A DNA stretch of 35,331 bases. Origin: Macrostomum lignano. Taxonomy: Eukaryota. This document shows, piece after piece, positions 10,143 to 20,881 of the stretch. The DNA is taken from positions 1-35,331 of the forward strand of contig NIVC01004772.1 of NCBI GenBank assembly GCA_002269645.1, in the 5' to 3' direction. Below the pieces are notes generated by a model that worked only from the letters and a program-made list of their open reading frames with translations, searched no databases and was not told the DNA's origin. A program made the translations under genes and the position numbers. Position 1 is the first letter of the stretch, and each line of letters starts with the position of its first letter.

Positions 10143-13100
10143 TCACGAGCGGGCAAGCCGAGGCAGCTTCTCAAATAGCGACATCGCCAGGTTGAGCATC
10201 AGCACCCACATGGTGTGCGCCAGAGGCACTCGCTTCAAAGTGAACCGCCACACCAGCACACAGAGCAGCACGTTCCACATCAGCGACAGCCGCTGCAGCC
10301 TGCGGGCGATTAGGGTGACTTGGCGTTGGGCTGGCTGGGTGAGCAGTTTGAGTGGGTAGGGTGTGGGGTCGGCTGGGTAGGATGTGGGGTCGGCTGGGAT
10401 GTGGGTTGGCCTGATTGGTTGGGTGGTGTGTGGATCAAGACTAGGCGTTCTGGCTCTGTGTGTTGGGCGGGTTGGAAGGTGGTAGTTGGAGCTGAGCATG
10501 CATTAGGGTGTGCTGGGCAGGTGTGCAGGTGGTAGTTGGAGCTGAGCATGCATTAGGGTGTGCTGGGCAGGTGTGCAGGTGGTAGTTGGAGCTGAGCATG
10601 CATTAGGGTGTGCTGGGCAGGTGTGCAGGTGGTAGTTGGAGCTGAGCATGCATTAGTAACTCAGGCTCTGCAAGGCTTTACTTTCTGATGTGCGCCCTGG
10701 CGGAGCCGTTGTCATCAAGGTCCTCTTTGAGCGCGTACTGCTTGACGCCGGTGCAGTAGCGCTCAAGATAGAGGCGCCAATCTACTTTAGAGGCGTCGCA
10801 GTCGAACTCCTGCGGGTCGAGTCAGTTTGAGCAAAATTCCAATAAATGAACAACAAGCACTTTTGCTCAGGATACAAGCGAACTCACAAGCCTATCAGAC
10901 GGGGACATTCGGTCCATAGCGCTGAGCACATTGGTGTTGTTGAACACCCATTCCCGGCTGGTGAAATAGTCCAGAGACCGGGTCGACTTTCTAATGCGGT
11001 TCGACACCCGGACGAACCTGCGGCAGTGAGCAGCATTAAGTTAGAAATCAAAGTTTAAGCTTAGGAGATAACGGGCACCCAAGTAACTGTTGGTACGGTA
11101 GGGTAACAATTTTCTTTACAGTCGATCGGAAAGACAAATTGAACACTCGGTTAAGGCTGTGAGCTGGTCGGTTTGCTAAACAGCAAGACAGCCACACAAG
11201 TCAAATATTCCAGCACAGCATCACTGGTCACCGGTGTTGTCAATCAATCTATTTGCACTGATAATTTTATACACAATCAAAGATCATTTTTCCTATATTC
11301 CCACATATTCTTGGATGCTGACGGATCCGCTCAAACAGCAAAAAGACGACGGTTTGGTCCGTTCAAGTGACCTTTTCTGCCATCGGCGACTCCAGTTGGA
11401 AGGCCGCATCATCCAGTCGTACTGCCCACAGCTGGTGTAGGAGCTGCTGCTTCTGGCGCTACAGGCCCACCTACAAGTGGGGACAGGCATTTCGTCGACT
11501 GCCTGTTGGTTGACGCCGGCGCCCCGGCCGAGACGGGTTCTGTGACGATGTCCTCTTTTAAGATCCCACTGAGCGTAATTCTGCTGATGCTGTTGTCATA
11601 GCATTCCCACTGAGCGTATTCTGCTGATCCCATAGCATTCCCACTGAGCATAATTCTGCTGATGCTGTTCCCATAGCATTCCCACTGAGCGTAATTCTGC
11701 TGATGCTGTTCCCATAGCATTCCCACTGAGCGTAATTCTGCTGATGCTGTTCCCATAGCATTCCCACTGAGCGTAATTCTGCTGATGCTGTTCCCATAGC
11801 ATTCCCACTGAGCGTATTCTGCTGATGCTGTTCCCATAGCATTCCCACTGAGCGTAATTCTGCTGATGCTGTTCCCATAGCATTCCCACTGAGCGTAATT
11901 CTGCTGATGCTGTTCCCATAGCATTCCCACTGAGCGTAATTCTGCTGATGCTGTTCCCATAGCATTCCCACTGAGCGTATTCTGCTGATGCTGTTCCCAT
12001 AGCATTCCCACTGAGCGTATTCTGCTGATGCTGTTCCCATAGCATTCCCACTGAGCGTATTCTGCTGATGCTGTTCCCATAGCATTCCCACTGAGCGTAA
12101 TTCTGCTGATGCTGTTCCCATAGCATTCCCACTGAGCGTATTCTGCTGATGCTGTTCCCATAGCATTCCCACTGAGCGTATTCTGCTGATGCTGTTCCCA
12201 TAGCATTCCCACTGAGCGTATTCTGCTGATGCTGTTCCCATAGCATTCCCACTGAGCGTATTCTGCTGATGCTGTTGTCATAGTATTCCCACTGAGCGTA
12301 TTCTGCTGATGCTGTTGTCATAGTATTCCCACTACTACACACATTTTAGAGCCAAAGTCACACACATTTTGTGAAAACGTAAAACTTATATTTACGCTCG
12401 CATTGCAAAATTTTACTGTTGTTTCACCGTGAAGCAAATAAGACAAATTCAAGTCGGAGCTCACACAGTCCTGCGGCCACTAGCGTACATCCAGAGATCC
12501 ATGAGGCAGGCGGGCAGCTGGTGATTAAACAGCCAGTTGATGTTGCACCACAGCGAGTTGGTGGTGAAGCTGGCCTTGGGCAGCCGGATGACGCTTTGGG
12601 TCGGGTTGCACACAAAGTACTCGGGTGTGATTCGCTCCACATCGCCCCAGGTGAGCCGGTTTCCAGGGCCCACGCCTGCGTTGTAGACCGTGGCCTGTCG
12701 GGAGAACAGGCGGAAGTTCCACACGCTGGAGATGATGATGTTAGTGGCGATATCCACGGGGATGATGTCGGCCTTGCAGCGGACATCGCCCTGCATCATT
12801 CGCAGCAGGCCCTTGCTGATGGCAGCGAAGACACCCGTCGGCCCGTTGAAATTGTCCACCCAGCCTGGCAGCGGCTCCTGCCAGCTGGCGCCAACAATGG
12901 AGGGCCGGACAATCACAATTGGCAGGTGGGAAAAGCGGTCCGTCAGGTAAAACTCGGCGAGCTGCTTCGTGAAGGTGTAGGTATTTGGCTTCTGGCCCAG
13001 TAGGCGGGGTGTCACCTGCGGGTCGGGTTCAGCCAGGGCTGAGGCCAATGCAAGGCAAGTCTCTAGCGGGAGAGCCCAGACAGGCCCAGTAAACTTTTAG

Positions 13101-15000
13101 AGCACCGGAGCAAACCATAAAAAGAGCTGTCCCTTTAAGTAACCTATAAACCAAAATCACAAAATTTCTTTGAAGAGCAAAGTGTAAAATGAAATTTAAA
13201 TTCATTTTTATTATGTCCGAAATCTCAAAAAACTCTCTCTCAGTACTGGACTGGAGTACTGGACAAATCGTCTACCAAAACTCGAGTATAAAGACGATAG
13301 CTTGTGAGCAGCAAAGCAGCGGAAATGTACATTACGTCTGCAGTAGCTGGGCAAAATAGAACAGCCAATGAGTGCCAATAGAACTTGAGAATATATGGGC
13401 CCTGTTTTAACTGCCCAGCTCCACGTCCCAAAGATAATCAATCATACAGCAAATTATCCACAACAGAGTCAGGTACACATCTGCTCACACACTGCCAATT
13501 ATCCACAACAGTCAGGTACAGATCTGCTCACACACTGCCAATTATCCACAACAGTCAGGTACACATCTGCTCACACACTGCCAATTATCCACAACAGTCA
13601 GGTACAGATCTGCTCACACACTGCCAATTATCCACAACAGTCAGGTACAGATCTGCTCACACACTGCCAATTATTCACAACAGTCAGGTACACATCTGCT
13701 CACACACTGCCAATTATCCACAACAGTCAGGTACAGATCTGCTCACACACTGCCAATTATTCACAACAGTCAGGTACAGATCTGCTCACACACTGCCAAT
13801 TATCCACAACAGTCAGGTACACATCTGCTCACACACTGCCAATTATCCACAACAGAGTCAGGTACACATCTGCTCACACACTGCCAATTATCCACAACAG
13901 AGTCAGGTACACATCTGCTCACACACTGCCAATTATCCATGAACAGAATCAAGGACACGGACCTGCTCAAGCACATCATCGTCCATCCACTCGATGGCGT
14001 CCAGCAGTTTCTGCGGATGCACCTCTGGAGCGTAGACCGCCTCCTCCACAACGCGGCGGTCACAGTTGGCGTAAGCGGTGGACACGTGCACGAGAGCCTC
14101 CAGGTGGGGCATTCGCTCGCACAGCTCAGCCACCTTCTTTGGCCCCTCAAGGTTCATCTGCACTGCGATCTTCAGGTGTTCGTCAAACCTGACGGTTGCG
14201 GCGCTGTGGAAGACAATGCTCACATTGCGAATGAGAAGCTCAATGTCTTTTTGACTGAGGCCCAGGTTCGGCTCAAATAGGTCGCCCTGTGGATAAAAAC
14301 ACATTACGAGCATAGAAAATATGATTTGAGAAATGTGGCAGAGGTTCCTGCCAAATTTTCTTTGATGCAACAGTGGACACAAGTAGCGCAGAGGTAGCGC
14401 CTGACTTTCGCACCAGAACCCCTGGGCTCAACTCTATGCGCGGCAAGATCCATGAGGGCCAGCCTTAAAGACAGTGCGATGTCCTGAGCGAGTATGTGCC
14501 TGCATACATATCCGTGTGTACCAGGTGTCTGTCAGTGAAGTGTCCTTAACCCTGCGTGCCTCCACCCTGATTTGCAAATCGACTGCCGCCTTGAAATTTT
14601 GGCAATGCCCAGAGCCCCTGCTACTACTGTAACTTATTACTAAACAAACAATAATGCAACGAATTCACTCCGCTGAAACACTGAAGCTCACCTGCAGAGG
14701 AGAAATCTGAGACCGGAAGTCTGGTCGGTCCTGGCGAAGCCGGTCGAACAGCCTGCTAGCAAGCAACGAGTCCAGACGGGCCCCAATTGACTCGCCACGC
14801 TTGGGTCGCATGAGGGCGAAGATGTGGCCGATCTGTGGACAGGACCACAGCAGCTTCTCCAGCAGCACCTTGCCCAGAAAGCCAGTGATGCCCGTGATCA
14901 GCACATTCTTGCCTGCATAGAACTCGCTGATTGACTGAAAGCTGGGCTGCCCTGCCAGCTCGTTCTTTTCTGAAGACTCAGTTGCTAAATTTAAGCTCAT
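10143..15000 (-). CDS. FAR: Fatty acyl-CoA reductase (FAR, male-sterility/NAD-binding-4 plus Sterile domain), 6 exons, 532 aa
   Basis: Exons are 15000-14692, 14286-13963, 13015-12465, 11017-10888, 10809-10682 and 10299-10143. All introns are GT-AG with matching phases (0,0,2,0,2), totalling 1599 nt with no internal stop. Motifs: TGITGFLGK (GxxGxxG), FHSAATVRFDE, HVSTAYAN, PNTYTFTK (YxxxK), IVRPSIV, FTSREW.F, DW..Y...Y..GVKQY..KE, and a hydrophobic C-terminal anchor. Confidence 0.96.
10477..10656 (+). repeat. 50-bp tandem repeat (about 3.6 copies) in FAR intron 5
   Basis: Unit AGGTGGTAGTTGGAGCTGAGCATGCATTAGGGTGTGCTGGGCAGGTGTGC repeats exactly. Confidence 0.97.
11565..12333 (+). repeat. 40/41-bp minisatellite (about 19 copies) in FAR intron 3
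   Basis: Unit CCCACTGAGCGTA(A)TTCTGCTGATGCTGTTCCCATAGCATT with a 1-nt indel variant. Confidence 0.98.
13451..13939 (+). repeat. 43/45-bp minisatellite (about 11 copies) in FAR intron 2
   Basis: Unit CAATTATCCACAACAGTCAGGTACA(C/G)ATCTGCTCACACACTGC. It ends about 22 nt from the exon-2 donor site. Confidence 0.98.
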
Positions 15001-16159
15001 TGCCAGCTGCTGCTTGCAGGGCAAAGCCTTGTACTAGCATGAAAACCCATTTTTTACTTTATTCAAAACAATATGATATTTATTTTGGCCCTATTCTATG
15101 CCAACAGTCCATTACTAATTGACTATTTTTTAAACTAAACTTGTATTAAAATTAACAAACAAACTGCTACTCTGGTTAACACATTTCTTAATAAAAGAGA
15201 TTATAGTCAGATATTTCTAGCAAAAATATTTCAAAAATATGTTTATTGAAATTCTTATTTTTTGGTCATTTTAAAATAAACTAACATAAGTCATAGGTCA
15301 TAGGAAAAATTACTAAAAATAAAAATACTAAATTTTACTACATTTTCTTTTTTATATTTGTTATCACAATTCTAAATTTATTACTGAAGTCTATTTATAT
15401 TTGCTTTTTTAGTGAGTTAAACTAACAAGCTAAACTTACATAAGTCAAGTCTAAGACTAGCATTAATATATAATTTTATTTCCAATTTCAAAATCTGAAA
15501 ATACTGACAAAATTTAAGATTCTAGGCCTAATCCTAACTAATTCAAAGATTAATTGGCAATTTTATATGACCATATATAATTAAACAATAAAATGTGGAA
15601 TAGTAGGCCTAATTCTATTCTTGCCTAATCTCAAACAAACCCTTTAATACTTAGGACTAAAAATATTTTATAACAATATTTATTATTGTCTTGCTCAACA
15701 AACTAAATTTGATAATTACATTATATTATCACTACTAAACAAAAAAGCTTGTTTTATGCATGTCATTGACATTGCCAATATTAGTCAAGGGAACACATAT
15801 GAAACTTGTTAATGTTAATATCAACTTCTTATAACAGACTTAAAATTTAAGTTATTTAAGTGGAATAAAGTGAAACTGAATTCATTAGAAATTGAATTAC
15901 AGAATACAGTTGATCAAGTTCATTAACAAACAAATATTTAAAAAAATTCTATCAGCACTTAGCACTCCAATTATCAGTAATCAATAAGCCCAGAGCCTAG
16001 ACTAGCTTCTCATTTATAATTACCTTTAAGGCAGCTAAATTAGGCCTAGACTAATGACAAGTGAACTGACCGAAATAGTCATAATAGTCATAGTCGACTA
16101 AAACGTGTCCATGACCTCCTGGGATGACAGAGTAGTACATGCTAGTTACAAAATCTTAC

Positions 16160-16319
16160 TCGGGTACTAGCTAGTTGAGGCATGGTTGGGGTACTCGAAA
16201 TAGCCATGCTAGTAGCAGCAGCAGGCAGGAGCAGCAGCAGCATGCACAGGCAACCCACTGCCCACGGCCACACCGAGTCTCTGAGCCAGTCCGAGGAGCC
16301 AAGCTGGGCCTCAGGGACT
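16160..16319 (-). other. Candidate upstream exon of FAR (160 nt)
   Basis: GC-rich island in AT-rich DNA, bounded on the minus strand by TTTTATATTTTAG| and |GTAAGA. It ends in phase 0 and is open into FAR exon 1 if the AG acceptor at 15035-15034 is used. Confidence 0.4.
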
Positions 16320-16772
16320 CTAAAATATAAAAATTTAGAAAGTGATACTGATACTCCTCTGTATAAAAAAATTAGATTATATTTCAAACTGATATTTAAA
16401 AGGTGAAATTTCTACTTGCATTTTCTTTTAATCACTTCAACTGTTGTGTCTTAGGTATAACATTTATTTACTTTTGTTTTAGCTTTACCTTTCCGTTTCT
16501 TTAATAAAATTAAAAACACAGTCGTCATTGAAATTTCGTATAGGTTGAATTCTAAGTTCTGAAAGTATGGCAACAAAGTTGGCAGTTCTATTCGAATAAG
16601 CAAGCACACTGTTCTCAATATCAACAACAGAAATTTGACCTATTGACACTATATCCCTCATATCCATGAAACGTTTCTCTTTAATAATACTAAACAGAAA
16701 TAACTACATGTATAATCATCAAAAGTATACGAGCGTATATATAATAATGAAACCTGTTGAAAGTTGTTCTTC

Positions 16773-17170
16773 GGGGCCGCGGCCTAGTGGATCCAACACG
16801 GTGCTATTGTGTGCCAGTGGCCCAGGCTCTCGATCGATTCCAAGCGCAGTCACATTAATTAAGGCTAAATTGGTCTGCTCTTGTGCCTTTTTGATCAGGG
16901 ACATGCAACCCCCCCCCCCAGCTGGCACAGTCAAATGTGTTCATCATGCCTACGATAAAGTTAGGGCCGTTGTACACATATGTGTGAGTGAGTGCCTGTG
17001 CGTAGGACATGCGTACATATCCCCTAGCTTGTGCATGTGCCTTCTCGGGGAAGTCGTTGGAATGCATGGGCAGAATGACCCTGTCATATATTGTTCCTAA
17101 TGTACATATGTTGCTAATTGTGTGCGCCAAGGGTCACACAGGTCACTGCGTCTATTAAAATCGCTAAATG
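16773..17170 (+). mobile_element. Probable tRNA-derived SINE (family distinct from the CORE-SINE below)
   Basis: Starts GGGGCCGCGGCCTAGTGG (A-box-like), has a B-box-like GATCGATTCC at 16832-16841, and is flanked by the direct repeat TGTTCTTC at 16765-16772 and 17174-17181 (possible TSD). Confidence 0.55.
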
Positions 17171-17294
17171 AGGTGTTCTTCTAGGTTTTTGTCAATAGTT
17201 TTTTACGTATTTACAATTATAGTACTTTGATCTGTCCTAAAATTATATGCGTCGCAGTAAACCAGCTCGATTGAAATTTGCAGCTGCAGCTGTG

Positions 17295-17792
17295 TACGAG
17301 GGGCACTAGATACGAGCTAAGAAGTTTTTTGCTGCGGCCGACCTGTAACAGCTAGCAAGATAAAACTTTCAGAGCTTTTCAAAGTACTCTCCATCAGCTT
17401 GGATGCACCGCCTCATCCGCTCAAACTAACTTGCAAAGCAGTGGCGCCACTCTGAGTGGGATACCCCCATGGAGAATATTCTTTCCTCCATGGAAACCCC
17501 CTCAACGGCTGATCTTATAGGCATCAAAAGCTTCTTCGGCGGACTAAAATCGGCACCCTCGCATGGAGTTCCTTAATGGATGGAAGCAGAAAAAAGTCAC
17601 ACGGTGCCAGGTCAGGAGAATACGGTGTGGGATGACTGAGCTGCTGCCGCGAGTTCAATTCGCCGTGTGCGCACTGGCGTTGTCCTGGTGCAGCCAGAGA
17701 CCCCGAACGCTGCACTTTGGCCTCGCTTCTTCAAGGCTGCTGATGACACGCGGCAGGCAGACAGTGCAGTACCGATCTGCCGTCACCCGTAC
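17295..17792 (-). mobile_element. Mariner (Tc1/mariner) transposon relic, 5'-truncated and degenerate
   Basis: Minus-strand fragments: HQDNASAHTA, YSPDLAPCDFFL and EWRHCFAS*FERMRRCIQADGEYFEKL* (stop at 17369-17371). There is an in-frame TAG and only 86 nt between the catalytic Asp codons, versus 105 for D34D. TA+CGAGGGG at 17295 resembles a mariner TIR end. Confidence 0.88.
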
Positions 17793-17971
17793 TTGATTCC
17801 AATTCATATAAATATAGGTTTTAAACGTATTACGCAACTAGCAATCAGCACCCCCGTTGGGAGCCAACAATCAATGGAATACAATTTTTTTAATAAACTA
17901 CTCGTACATGTAGCTTCTCCCTGCAATAACCTCGTCAATTCCTCTTGTAAGAATTGACATCTCGGCAAATT

Positions 17972-18470
17972 CCCCCGTAAGCCTTGACAGCTCAGCTATA
18001 CCCCCTCCCCGTGAGCCTTGACAGCTCAGCTATACCCCCTCCCCGTGAGCCTTGACAGCTCAGCTATACCCCCTCCCCGTGAGCCTTGACAGCTCAGCTA
18101 TACCCCTCCCCGTGAGCCTTGACAGCTCAGCTATACCCCCTCCCCTCCTTGCTCAGCTAGCCTTGACAGCTCAGCTATACCCCCTCCCCGTGAGCCTTGA
18201 CAGCTCAGCTATACCCCCTCCCCGTGAGCCTTGACAGCTCAGCTATACCCCCTCCCCGTGAGCCTTGACAGCTCAGCTATACCCCCTCCCCCGTGAGCCT
18301 TGACAGCTCAGCTATACCCCCTCCCCCGTGAGCCTTGACAGCTCAGCTATACTCCCTCCCCCGTGAGCCTTGACAGCTCAGCTATACCCCCTCCCCGTGA
18401 GCCTTGACAGCTCAGCTATACTCCCTCCCCCGTGAGCCTTGACAGCTCAGCTATACCCCCATAAGCCTTG
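17972..18470 (+). repeat. C-rich minisatellite, about 34-bp unit GTGAGCCTTGACAGCTCAGCTATACCCCCTCCCC, about 14 copies
   Basis: 33-35-bp period with C-run length variation and one interrupted unit near 18145. Confidence 0.98.
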
Positions 18471-19023
18471 AAATCTCGACAATTTCCAGCAAAATTCAAC
18501 TTTAGTTAAACATAGCCATCTCAAGCACATAAATTAATCTATAAAATAGCCAAGTCAAGTGCAAACGCCAATTTAAGTGCAAATTCGCCAATCAGAACAC
18601 CTCTCAATATTTACCTCACTGCTGCGCGTAATGACGACGATGGATATACCGAAGGCCAAACCAAGTGCGGTACCGTAAATATGCAATCAAGAGTGTATTC
18701 ATGCTAAAAATATTAATTAAATGCATGTGACGTGCACATACGAGCTACATACACGTGAGTGCATGCAGCTCATACAAATAGCATGTAGGCCGAGCAATAT
18801 CTCGTAGTGTAGGTGTACCGTACATGTATAGTGAGCCGTGCCACCCCAACCAAGCATGCTGTACATGTACATGTAAGTCTCTGTTACAAGGCTGCATGCA
18901 ATTAGAAGTCAAAATACAGCGCTGCCTTAAGTAAGTAAGCTGACTCTCATCATATGAATAGATTAATATTAAACGCATGTATATTAGAAAGCCTCTTGCG
19001 TGTTGCGGCATTCACATCCATTT

Positions 19024-19860
19024 TGTGACGTTGTCAGTTTAAGGTGGTCCCGAAAAGGGCCGTTGGACTGCTGGTTTTCCATAGTCATTCAACCCTTCAG
19101 TTTCACCGCTTCAACTAAACTTTTCCATTCGTTTATTGCGACGTTTACTTGTAGTAGTGCCCAACGATTTTGTGGCAATTTATAATTCATTGTATATTTT
19201 GCTATCCTCTCTCGCCACCGTATAAAATTGGCACGATCGATAATTTTAAGTTCTCTCGCCAGCCAATGAAATCACTCGTGTTCGCGCTACCCCCTCTGCG
19301 CTCTTTTATTAAACCCCCCCCCGCCTGGCGGCGGGCGCTCCCCTCGCTCTCTCTAGCTCCTCTCTCTCCGCTTGCTCCTTGTTTCCTTCCCTGCGGCCTC
19401 TTAGCTGTCTTATCTGTTTGTCTGGCTGCCTCGAGCCTCCTTATTTCTCACCACGGCCCTTCTGTCTGGGCCAGCTTGCTCACACGCTTACTTGACTGTT
19501 TCACGCCACGACCGACGCCTACTCACCACTACGTTTCACTGCCTTCACTGTGCTCATAGCCACTGCTCACGTCACGTCGCCATTGTGTCATTCGCCTGCC
19601 ACTTGACTTCATATCCAAATTATATTCAACCCATTGCTGCAGCCGCCAGTGCCCAGAAAGCTATAGTCTGTTTATTGCCAGTAACAACCAAACTTAATAC
19701 TGATATTAACAATAAAGACAACTACGGCAGTTCCTGCCTTTATCGCCAAGTGCTCCGCTACAAAATCCGCTTTACAAGAATTGACTTCAACTTATTTTGG
19801 GACTAAAACGGCCCTTTTAAGGGTCACCGCATAGCTGGCCGCTACGCCAATAACGTGACA
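19024..19860 (+). repeat. 5' LTR (837 bp)
   Basis: TGTGACGTT...AACGTGACA. It differs from the 3' LTR by 2 substitutions and 2 C-run length changes. TATAAAA at 19221 and AATAAA at 19711. Confidence 0.97.
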
Positions 19861-19866
19861 TAATTT

Positions 19867-19883
19867 TGGAGGTCCCACCGAGA
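19867..19883 (+). promoter_or_regulatory. Primer-binding site complementary to tRNA-Gln
   Basis: TGGAGGTCCCACCGAGA, 6 nt after the 5' LTR, is the reverse complement of the 3' end of eukaryotic tRNA-Gln (...UCUCGGUGGGACCU-CCA), recalled from known tRNA sequences. Confidence 0.88.
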
Positions 19884-20180
19884 CTCCTACTCAGCACTGC
19901 CGGCTCGCAACTAAGTCAGCACCACCGAGACTCCTACTCAGCACTGCCGGCTCGCAACTAAGTCAGCACCACCGAGACTCCTACTCAGCACTGCCGGCTC
20001 GCAACTAAGTCAGCACCACCGAGACCCCTACTCAGCACTGCCGGCTCGCAACTAAGTCAGTGCCATCAAGACTTCTGCTCAGCCCTGCCAGCTCGTAATC
20101 AGCGCCATCAAGACTTCTGCTCAGCCCTGCCAGCTCGCAACCAAGCGTCAGCAAGATTCTGCTCAGCTCTGCCGGCTCGT
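19876..20180 (+). repeat. Leader tandem repeats: 4 x 47 bp followed by diverged ~42-bp derivatives
   Basis: Unit CACCGAGACTCCTACTCAGCACTGCCGGCTCGCAACTAAGTCAGCAC at 47-bp spacing from 19876. Related units GCCATCAAGACTTCTGCTCAGCCCTGCCAGCTCG occur at 20062 and 20104. Confidence 0.93.
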
Positions 20181-20881
20181 GACTGAGTGCCGGCCTGCCA
20201 CGTTTCTGCCTGACGGTCCGCAAGGCTACGAGAGCCTGTGCCACGTCAGGCCCAGGGGTCCTGACTGCTCGGCCGGTCTTCGCTCGTCGCCGCGAGTCGT
20301 CGCTGGTCGTCGCCCTGAGCAACGCGCGCTGTCAACTGCGTTGAGCTCGAGCTTACGCTCTGCCAAGATAGCTCCGCTGCGTGTGCCAAGCCACGCCAGG
20401 TTACGCTGTGCGCTGATTGTTTGTAGGGACTATTGCCTGACAGTTAGTCTGGGTGGTTTGCGTGATAGGACTCTCCCCTGTTATAGGCTTTTTGTGGTTC
20501 GCCCCTGTCAGGCACGTATTTTTGTTAGTAGGACGCAATCTCTCTCGTCTCTCTCGCGTCATCAACCTCAATTCGTTCTCTCTGGAACCTTACTCTCACT
20601 CGTGGTTGCTCCGTTCGCCTCACTCGGGCTCCTGCCTGAGCTTCATCTCGCACAATGTCCGGCAACGGGGAAGACTTCGGCATGGCGCCTCCCGAGCCTG
20701 TGGCGGACCCAGTCGCCGCACAGGCAGTTAATCCACCAGCCCCAGCCACTGAACCCAGACCCAGCTATGGGCGCCCCATCTGCCCACCCGTTAGGTACCG
20801 GGCGTGCCAGGTGTCCGGCCTGCTCCAGCTGTAGGGTGGCAAGCATTAGTTTGCTCACGCCCTGGGCAAGGCGTTAAACTA

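Noticed and set aside
11409-12342. Three minus-strand ORFs of 227-290 aa
   Set aside because: These are translations of the 40/41-bp intronic minisatellite, whose period is not a multiple of 3.
13385-14192. Plus-strand ORFs with HTANYPQQ repeats
   Set aside because: They arise from the 43-bp minisatellite and the antisense of FAR exon 2.
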